Part shown: positions 57,009 to 64,000 of the stretch, in pieces
Position numbering within the stretch: position 1 is the stretch's first letter
Layout of the letters: each line of letters opens with the position of its first letter
DNA from: Gemmatimonadaceae bacterium
GTDB taxonomy: Bacteria; Gemmatimonadota; Gemmatimonadetes; Gemmatimonadales; Gemmatimonadaceae
NCBI GenBank assembly: GCA_051859245.1
Contig: JBHYGA010000004.1
Span: forward strand, 416,001-480,000
Length of the DNA: 64,000 nucleotides
Direction: 5' to 3'
Made by a program: the position numbers and the translations under genes
The notes under the pieces: generated by a model
Told to the model about the DNA's origin: nothing
The model's input: the letters and a program-made list of their open reading frames with translations, nothing else
Database searches by the model: none

Positions 57009-58297
57009 CGACGATGTTGCCACCACCCATCACGGTTGCCCCGATTCCTTCGACGGAAACCAATCCAATGCACGCGATGCTGGCCCGCTACGAACGCGCG
57101 GCGGCAGTGCTCAACCTCGATCCAGGAATCGACCGCATCCTGCGGCAGCCGGAGCGCGAAATCACCGTGGCGTTGCCGGTCGAAATGGATGACGGACGCA
57201 TCGAGGTATTCACTGGCTACCGCGTCGTGCACAACACGCTGCGTGGCCCTGGGAAAGGCGGCATCCGCTATGACCTCGGTGTGACCCCCGACGAGGTGCG
57301 CGCGCTCGCCGCGTGGATGACGTGGAAGTGTGCAGTCGTGGACCTGCCGTTCGGCGGAGCCAAAGGCGGAGTACACTGCGATCCGTACACCCTGTCGCTG
57401 GGGGAGAAGGAGCGCATCACGCGGCGGTACACCTCAGCACTGTGCGCCGCGTTCGGACCGGATTCGGACGTGCCGGCCAGCGATGTCGGTACCGATGAGC
57501 AGGTCATGGCCTGGGTGTTGGACACCTACTCCATGCATGTCGGTTACACCGTGCCGGCCGTCGTGACTGGAAAACCGCTGGTGCTTGGCGGCTCGGCCGG
57601 TCGTGCGGGTGCGACGGGACGCGGCGTGATGTTGTCGGCGCAATCAGCGCTGGCGCAGCTTGGCCGCAGTCTGTCCGGCAGTAGTGTTGCCGTGCAGGGC
57701 TTCGGAAAGGTCGGTGCCGCTGCGGCGCGTTTTTGCGCGGCGGCCGGCGCACGCGTTGTGGCCGTCAGCGACTTCACAGTGGCGATTCATGACTCGGGAG
57801 GACTCGACGTGGCCGCGCTCGAACGCCACGTGCAGCAGCATCGCACGTTGCAGGACTGCCGCCTCGGCGAACACCTCACGCACGCGGAGCTGCTCGCACT
57901 TGATGTCGACGTGCTGATCCCGGCCGCGACCGAAAACACCATCACATCGCAGAACGCGCACGCGGTACGCGCGCTCGTGGTCTGTGAAGGCGCGAACGGT
58001 CCAACGACCGCGGTCGCTGACGAAATCCTCGATGCCAATGGCGTCCTCGTCGTCCCGGATATTCTTGCCAACGCGGGAGGTGTCACCGTGAGCTACTTCG
58101 AGTGGGTCCAGAATCGAAACGGATATGCGTGGGAGGAGGCGGTCGTGGATGACCGTCTCGCTGATGTGATGCATCGGAGCTATACGGACGTGCAACAGCT
58201 CGCGGCGCGGCACGGTCAGTCGCTGCGCACTGCCGCGTACATGCTCGGCATCGGTCGCGTGGCAGCCGTCCAGAAACTTCGGGGGCTCTATGCGTGA
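57005..58297 (+). CDS. gdhA: Glu/Leu/Phe/Val dehydrogenase, glutamate dehydrogenase-type
   Basis: GYRVVH, GPGKGGIRY, MTWKCA, FGGAKGG, VTGKP, QGFGKVG, EGANGP, NAGGVTVSYFEWVQN. Confidence 0.92.
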   Translation: MTTMLPPPITVAPIPSTETNPMHAMLARYERAAAVLNLDPGIDRILRQPEREITVALPVEMDDGRIEVFTGYRVVHNTLRGPGKGGIRYDLGVTPDEVRALAAWMTWKCAVVDLPFGGAKGGVHCDPYTLSLGEKERITRRYTSALCAAFGPDSDVPASDVGTDEQVMAWVLDTYSMHVGYTVPAVVTGKPLVLGGSAGRAGATGRGVMLSAQSALAQLGRSLSGSSVAVQGFGKVGAAAARFCAAAGARVVAVSDFTVAIHDSGGLDVAALERHVQQHRTLQDCRLGEHLTHAELLALDVDVLIPAATENTITSQNAHAVRALVVCEGANGPTTAVADEILDANGVLVVPDILANAGGVTVSYFEWVQNRNGYAWEEAVVDDRLADVMHRSYTDVQQLAARHGQSLRTAAYMLGIGRVAAVQKLRGLYA

Positions 58298-58550
58298 GGC
58301 ACCGACAATCCCCGATATCAGCACGCGCGATCTTTTGTCATTGGAACGGGAGCTGCGGCGTGAGCTTGCGCGCCTCGAGCGCGGGAGTGTCACGGATGCG
58401 TTCTCGCACGAACGCGACGAGTTGCTGCTGGCGCTACAGCGGCTTAACGACGGGAGCTACGGCATCTGCGCTGGGTGCGCGGTTCGCGTTCCCGTGGAGC
58501 GGCTTGAGGTGATGCCCGCCACGCGCTGGTGCGTAAGCTGCGCGCGGTGA
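58290..58550 (+). CDS. TraR/DksA C4 zinc-finger protein
   Basis: ALQRLNDGSYGICAGC...ERLEVMPATRWCVSC. Confidence 0.88.
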   Translation: MREAPTIPDISTRDLLSLERELRRELARLERGSVTDAFSHERDELLLALQRLNDGSYGICAGCAVRVPVERLEVMPATRWCVSCAR

Positions 58551-58580
58551 GCTTCGGGTGCCGCGAACGCGCCTGCACTG

Positions 58581-60170
58581 TTAGGCGTTTCGCGGCTTCG
58601 CCCGCTCCCGATCCACCAGCAACCGCCGCAGAATCTTTCCCGACGGCGACTTCGGAATCGCGTCTACAAACTCCACCTGTCGCACCTTTTTGTACGGCGA
58701 CACACGTTCCGCCACGTAGGCCATCACCTGCGCCGCATCAATCGGCGTTCGCACCACGACGAACGCTTTCGGCACCTCGCCCGCTTCGTCATCAGGCACG
58801 GGAATCACCGCCGCATCAGCAATCGCCGGGTTCGATAACAACACCGCCTCGAGCTCGGCGGGCGCCACCTGCAGTCCTTTGTATTTGATCAGCTCCTTCA
58901 CGCGATCCACAATCGAAAACCAACCGCGATCATTCACCACGGCCACGTCGCCCGTCTTGAACCAGCCGTCGTCCGTCATGCACGCCGCGGTCGCCTCGGG
59001 CTTGTTGAAGTAACCCAGCATCACCTGCGGTCCACGAAGCCACAGCTCACCGCGCTCACCGGTTTCCACGTCGTCACCCGTGGCCGGATCCACAATGCGC
59101 GCCTCTGTGTTGGCAATCGCGGGACCAACCGACGCGCCATCCACAATGTCACTCTCCAGTGGATGCACGTGTGTGACCGGACTTGTTTCGGTGAGACCGT
59201 ATCCCTGGCGTACGCGACAGCCGAGTCGTGTTGCGCAGGCTGCGGTCAGTTCTGCGCCAAGTGGCGCCGCACCGCTGAACACCGTGTGCAATGACGACAG
59301 GTCGTAGTTGTCCACGATCGGATGTTTCGCGAGTGCCAACACAATTGGCGGCACGACATGCGCAAACGTGATGCGATGCTTTTGGATAATCTCCAAGACC
59401 TGCGGCAAATCAAAGCGCGGAACCGTGATTAGCGTTGCGCCTGACGACAGCACACCGCCCATGATCGGCACCATGCCGTAGATGTGAAAGAACGGCAACA
59501 CACCGAGCAGCGTATCGGACTCGTTGACCATGGGCACGGGCGCCTGAATCTGACATAGATTGGCGACGAGGTTGCGATGCGTGAGCATTACGCCCTTCGG
59601 AATACCGGAGGTGCCACTCGAGTACGGCAGTACACACACATCACGCGCGGGATCAATCGCGACCGGTGTGGGCGTATCGCCGAACGCGAACAGCTCGGTG
59701 AATGGTGTCGCCCCATCGGCCTCTCCGATCACCACGATTTCGCGCACCGTCGTAGCGAGTCGCGACGCAGTCATGCACTTCTCGAGCAGCTCGGGAATGG
59801 TGACCAGCATCAACGCTTCGCTGTCGGCGAACTGCGCGCCGATTTCTTCGGCCGTTGCAATCGGATTGACGGTGGAACAGATCGCGCCAATGCTCGCCAC
59901 TGCATAAAACACCACGGCGAATTCCGGAATGTTCGGACTCACCAGCCCGACCACATCGCCTTTGCCTATGCCGCGCGCCTGCAAACCGGCGGCCACGCGA
60001 TGTATCGCGCGCGCCAACTCGCCATACGTGTATCCGCGTCCCGTCACGCCGCACACAATCGCGGGTTTGTCTGACAGCGTGCTCGCGTGTTGCAGTACAA
60101 ATGGCACGAGCGATGTGTCGGGAATCTCGACGTCGGCGAACGGGCTCGAAATAACGCGCGGGGCGCTCAT
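58581..60170 (-). CDS. 4-coumarate--CoA ligase-like AMP-binding enzyme
   Basis: LPYSSGTSGIPKG, PFFHIYG, QGYGLTE, TGD, KELIKYKG, PKSPSGKILRR. Confidence 0.94.
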   Translation of the reverse strand: MSAPRVISSPFADVEIPDTSLVPFVLQHASTLSDKPAIVCGVTGRGYTYGELARAIHRVAAGLQARGIGKGDVVGLVSPNIPEFAVVFYAVASIGAICSTVNPIATAEEIGAQFADSEALMLVTIPELLEKCMTASRLATTVREIVVIGEADGATPFTELFAFGDTPTPVAIDPARDVCVLPYSSGTSGIPKGVMLTHRNLVANLCQIQAPVPMVNESDTLLGVLPFFHIYGMVPIMGGVLSSGATLITVPRFDLPQVLEIIQKHRITFAHVVPPIVLALAKHPIVDNYDLSSLHTVFSGAAPLGAELTAACATRLGCRVRQGYGLTETSPVTHVHPLESDIVDGASVGPAIANTEARIVDPATGDDVETGERGELWLRGPQVMLGYFNKPEATAACMTDDGWFKTGDVAVVNDRGWFSIVDRVKELIKYKGLQVAPAELEAVLLSNPAIADAAVIPVPDDEAGEVPKAFVVVRTPIDAAQVMAYVAERVSPYKKVRQVEFVDAIPKSPSGKILRRLLVDRERAKPRNA

Positions 60171-60287
60171 GGTGGGATTCGGCAGAGGCGAAGCGGGAGT
60201 ACTCACGAGCTCCCAGCACACAACAGGTGCGCAACGATGGCTGTCTCGGCCCAGTCGCGCTAGCGCGCCGCGCCGTTGCGTGCTGTG

Positions 60288-60320
60288 CGTGAAGATTCCG
60301 TGATGATTCCGTGAGGATTT
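60288..60320. promoter_or_regulatory. Three 11-bp direct repeats in a divergent intergenic region
   Basis: CGTGAAGATTC CGTGATGATTC CGTGAGGATTT. Confidence 0.6.
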
Positions 60321-60392
60321 GTTTCCGCGTGTTGCTGTGCTGAAAGACGCGCCCGCACATTAGCGCCGCCTCTCCCACCGCAGACGACACAC

Positions 60393-61103
60393 GTGCCGCA
60401 GCCCACCCGCCCTCGGCTCCTCCTCCCCCCGCTCGCCGCCGCCAGCTTCGCGCTCGTGGTGGCTGTGGGCCTGCAGGCCCCTGCCACGTCCGTGGGCTTC
60501 CGGTGGAAGCCAACACAGATCGAACGCAAGCTCAAGCCGCTAGAACTCGAGCCCGGCAAGATCGCCTTCGACACGAGCGGCCCTGCCGACGACAACTGGC
60601 TCTCGTGGCTGCTGACCATCCTGATGGCACTCGCGGCTCTGGCCGCCCTGCGCGTGCTGGTTCGCTGGCTCCTTCGCCGCACCCGCCGCGCGCCAGCCCT
60701 AACCGTTGCCCGCACGGGAGCTGACGCAGGTAGCCCGAGCGAAGCGGACGCACAGATCGTACGCTCGGGGCTCGCCGCCGCCCTGCACATCCTCACCACC
60801 GAGCCCTACTCCGGCAACGCCGTGGTGCGTGCCTGGCAGGGACTGCAGGACGCCGCGGCGCTCGCCGGCCTCGAACGCCGCCCCGCCGAAACCGCCTCGG
60901 AGTTCACTGCACGCATCCTGTACCGCTCAAAACGTTCGGCGGAGCCCATCGCCGTGTTGCTCTCGCTCTACCAGCGGGTGCGTTTCGGCCACTACTCGCC
61001 CAGTGAGGCCGAGGTCGCGGCCGCGCGCGAATCACTGGCCACGCTGGTGGACGTGTGGCAGGCCGATCTGCCCGAACGACGCCCATCCAAGGTGGCGCGA
61101 TGA
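60393..61103 (+). CDS. DUF4029/DUF4129-type MoxR-associated membrane protein (DUF4129)
   Basis: AVVRAW...RRPAETASEF...LY.RVRFG; TM helices. Confidence 0.85.
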   Translation: MPQPTRPRLLLPPLAAASFALVVAVGLQAPATSVGFRWKPTQIERKLKPLELEPGKIAFDTSGPADDNWLSWLLTILMALAALAALRVLVRWLLRRTRRAPALTVARTGADAGSPSEADAQIVRSGLAAALHILTTEPYSGNAVVRAWQGLQDAAALAGLERRPAETASEFTARILYRSKRSAEPIAVLLSLYQRVRFGHYSPSEAEVAAARESLATLVDVWQADLPERRPSKVAR

Positions 61104-61630
61104 GTCGGCGCATCGCACTTGGCGCGGTCGCCGCGGCGGCGTCTGCCTACGGCGTCTGGTTTCTCGGCTTCGACCCGTTCTGGGCCGTGGCCACCGTGAT
61201 CGTGGTTGGCCCCGTCGCGGCGGCACTCGCCACCGTCAAACTGGAAGAGGAAGCCCCGTGGGAGCTGCCGGCGAGCGAAACACCGCGCGGGATCCGCATC
61301 ACCGTGGCCATCCTGGAGCAATCGCTCGCCGCCTGCGATCGCCTCGCGCGTCCGCCGGCCCTGCGACGACTGCGCGCGTCGCTGATCGCTGAACGGGAAG
61401 ATCGCGTCGCTCGCACCACGCTCCTGCGACGCACACGCGCGCTGCTGCTCACCGAGTTGCAGCACCGTGGCCTCGACCCGGAAGACAATGTCGTGGTCGC
61501 GAAACTGCTTGGCCCCGACGCCCTCGCCATCCTGCAACCGAACGACGGCAAACCCGTCACCCCCGCCACCATCGAACGCTGCCTCGACGCCGTCGAGCGA
61601 CTCGGCACACACAGCAAGGGAGCCGCATGA
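61100..61630 (+). CDS. Hypothetical membrane protein of the MoxR operon
   Basis: ATGA overlaps at both ends; two N-terminal TM segments. Confidence 0.75.
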   Translation: MSRRIALGAVAAAASAYGVWFLGFDPFWAVATVIVVGPVAAALATVKLEEEAPWELPASETPRGIRITVAILEQSLAACDRLARPPALRRLRASLIAEREDRVARTTLLRRTRALLLTELQHRGLDPEDNVVVAKLLGPDALAILQPNDGKPVTPATIERCLDAVERLGTHSKGAA

Positions 61631-62631
61631 CAGATCCAGAGCCGAAGACGGTCGCCCCGCTCACCGTTCCTGAGATCACCGCACTCGTGGCGCGCATTCG
61701 CGCCGAAGTGGCCACCGCGGTGGTGGGCATGGAGAACGCAATCGAGTTCGCCCTCGCGGCGATCCTCGCTGGCGGTCACACCCTCTTCGAAGACGTGCCA
61801 GGGCTCGGCAAAACGCTCGCCGCGCGCAGCATCGCGTCGGCCATCGGTCTAGATTTCCGTCGACTGCAGTGCACGCCAGATCTGCTCCCCGCCGACATCA
61901 CGGGATCGTTCGTGTACGCACCGTCTACGGCATCCTTTGATTTCCGTCCCGGACCAGTGTTCACGGGGCTCTTCCTGGCCGACGAAATCAACCGCACCGC
62001 GCCCAAAACGCAGTCGGCGTTGCTCGAGGCGATGGCTGAGGGACAGGTCACGGTGGAGGGGCAGAGCTTTGCGCTGCCGCGCCCGTTCCACGTAATCGCC
62101 ACCGCGAACCCGATTGAATACGAGGGGACCTACGCGCTCCCCGAGGCGCAGCTCGACCGGTTCATGGTCCGACTCGCCGTGGGCTACCCGGGGCGCGACG
62201 GGGAACAGCAGGTGCTGCTCAACCGCGTGGCGCGGAAACGCGAGCGGGCCGACGTTGCCGCGATCATCAGCGCGGACACACTCGGCCGCATGCAAGCGGG
62301 CGTCGAAACGGTGACCGTGGATCCGGACGTGGTGCGCTACTGCGTGGACCTGGCCGAGGCCACGCGTGGCCATCCGGCGATCGCGGTGGGCGCCTCGCCG
62401 CGCGGCTCGCAGGCGTTGCTGCTGATGGCCCGGTCGCTGGCGGTGATTGCGGGGCGTGATTTCATCTTGCCGGAAGACGTGAAACGCGTGGCCGTGGCTG
62501 TGCTCGCGCACCGGCTGTCGCTCACCACCCAGGCATGGGCGGCGGGCACGGATCCGGCGCAGGTGGTGGCCGAGATTGTGGGGACTGTTCCCGGTCCGCG
62601 AGTCGCGGGCGGCGCAGCAGCTCGCGCGTGA
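61627..62631 (+). CDS. MoxR family AAA+ ATPase
   Basis: EDVPGLGKT, QCTPDLLPAD, ADEINR..PKTQSALLEAM, NPIEYEGTY.LPEAQLDRF. Confidence 0.96.
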   Translation: MTDPEPKTVAPLTVPEITALVARIRAEVATAVVGMENAIEFALAAILAGGHTLFEDVPGLGKTLAARSIASAIGLDFRRLQCTPDLLPADITGSFVYAPSTASFDFRPGPVFTGLFLADEINRTAPKTQSALLEAMAEGQVTVEGQSFALPRPFHVIATANPIEYEGTYALPEAQLDRFMVRLAVGYPGRDGEQQVLLNRVARKRERADVAAIISADTLGRMQAGVETVTVDPDVVRYCVDLAEATRGHPAIAVGASPRGSQALLLMARSLAVIAGRDFILPEDVKRVAVAVLAHRLSLTTQAWAAGTDPAQVVAEIVGTVPGPRVAGGAAARA

Positions 62632-63935
62632 CCAGTGATGTGACAAAGTCTATGTCTTGGCGAATGACGTCGGGCATCGAAGTGGCGATGGTACTCGGGC
62701 TGGCGCTCGCCACGGTCGGCACTTTCACGAGCCGAATAGACATTGTCATACTTGGACTGCCACTGCTGGCTGCCGCGGCGATCGCGCTCGACCGCAAGCC
62801 GGCCGCCGGCGAACGAAGCGCTGTTCGCGTCAACGTGACGCGAAGTCCGGGTGCCGGACACTTCACCTACGAAGTGGAGCTCGACGTTCCAACGAGCACC
62901 GAAATGGTCCATCTGCGACTCTCGCCGCAGAACTCGCACAGCCGTAACCTGATCCTGGCGCCGCGCAGCGAGGTGAGCGTTACCGGTTCCGTGCCCGTAC
63001 TGCACTCCGGACGACAACGCGTGCTCGCCGTTGAGTACCGGTTCCTCGGCACCGACGGAAGCTGGATCTCGCCGCCGTCACCGCGGGTGGTGGCCGATCG
63101 GGTCGTGTTACCGGCGATCGCGCCGCTGGCGTCGATTCCGCTGCCGCACCGACTGACGGGGCTCACCGGCACGCACGCGTCAACGCGACTAGGCGACGGC
63201 GGCGAGTTTCGCGATGTGCATCCGTACGCGCCTGGTGACCGGCTGCGTCGTATTGACTGGAAGGCGACGGCCCGGCGATCTCAGGGATTTGGCGACCTGT
63301 ACGTGCGCCGGACCGATGCGACGTCGGATGCGACAGTTGTGCTTGTTATTGACAGCAGCGAAGACGTTGGCGAGCGCGTGGCGAACTGGTCCGCCGGCGC
63401 GAGCAGGACTGATGGACTTCGTACAATGGACATCGCGCGTGAGGCGGCGGCGTCCCTGGCGACCGCGGCCATCGGATCGGGTGACCGCGTGGGTCTGATC
63501 GACCTAGCTTCGTATGGCGGCGTGGTCGCGCCCGGCGGCGGGAAGCGCCACTTAGACCGACTGCTTCGCCGCATCGCGGTGAGTGAACCGTCGGGTGTGC
63601 GACTCGACCGACGGCGCGCGCCCGTGGTGCCTACCGGGGCCATCATCTATCTGCTGTCGACGTTTCTCGACGACGAGACCACATCCGTGGCCCTGCTCTG
63701 GCGCGCCGTCGGCCATCGGGTGATCGCCGTGGACGTGCTCCCAGTGCCCAATCTGTTCGGCAGCGAACGCAACACACTTATCGCGCATCGCCTGGTGATG
63801 GCGGAGCGGCGGCGTCGCATCGCCGACGTGCGGGAAAACGGCGTTGAGATGTTTCGCTGGCAGGAAGACGCCGATCAGCCGTCCCGCGCCGTGGTGATTC
63901 GGGCGCTTGCCCGTGCCGGTCGGAGGCGTCGATGA
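62628..63935 (+). CDS. DUF58 domain protein
   Basis: GDGGEFRDVHPYAPGDRLRRIDWKATAR, VIDSS, GDRVGL; GTGA overlap with moxR. Confidence 0.92.
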   Translation: MTSDVTKSMSWRMTSGIEVAMVLGLALATVGTFTSRIDIVILGLPLLAAAAIALDRKPAAGERSAVRVNVTRSPGAGHFTYEVELDVPTSTEMVHLRLSPQNSHSRNLILAPRSEVSVTGSVPVLHSGRQRVLAVEYRFLGTDGSWISPPSPRVVADRVVLPAIAPLASIPLPHRLTGLTGTHASTRLGDGGEFRDVHPYAPGDRLRRIDWKATARRSQGFGDLYVRRTDATSDATVVLVIDSSEDVGERVANWSAGASRTDGLRTMDIAREAAASLATAAIGSGDRVGLIDLASYGGVVAPGGGKRHLDRLLRRIAVSEPSGVRLDRRRAPVVPTGAIIYLLSTFLDDETTSVALLWRAVGHRVIAVDVLPVPNLFGSERNTLIAHRLVMAERRRRIADVRENGVEMFRWQEDADQPSRAVVIRALARAGRRRR

Positions 63936-64000
63936 CTGGGGGCGTGCGCGCGACGAGCGGCTCGGAGCCCATGTTCGGGTCGTGGGTGCCCACGGCCGTG

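Overview
GC-rich bacterial chromosome segment. Gene content and style (Gly-rich S9 peptidase, six-bladed propeller lipoproteins, DUF4097 pair, Big_2/RCC1 surface proteins) suggest Gemmatimonadota; this is inference, not a database result. About 55 CDS and one tRNA-Phe(GAA) are supported. I saw no rRNA, CRISPR array, integrase or transposase. The best candidate for an undescribed system is a tightly packed five-gene locus at 9.1-24.6 kb: a membrane-anchored FHA protein, a transmembrane Hanks Ser/Thr kinase with an extracytoplasmic seven-bladed RCC1/BLIP-II propeller, a 3073-aa Ig-repeat lipoprotein (7 Big_2 domains plus about 8 copies of a three-domain module), a paralogous 6xBig_2 lipoprotein, and a TPR protein with a possible membrane-inserting C-terminus. 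ddl and a rhomboid follow it. Other signals: (i) a structured leader with mutually exclusive antiterminator/terminator stems and a possible leaderless 37-aa uORF upstream of a hypothetical-gdh-dksA/traR operon (56.4-56.65 kb); (ii) three copies of a 14-bp palindrome, two in sigma70 promoter spacers, around a MarR gene and several tiny membrane proteins (52.1-53.9 kb), inside an apparent integrase-less redox/transport island downstream of tRNA-Phe; (iii) a 100-nt GC hairpin before a FitA/VapC-type TA pair; (iv) a KaiC-like ATPase/hybrid kinase pair, a QueF with a loop insertion, a pseudo-hydrolase and a two-domain cupredoxin lipoprotein. All calls come from reading motifs by eye.
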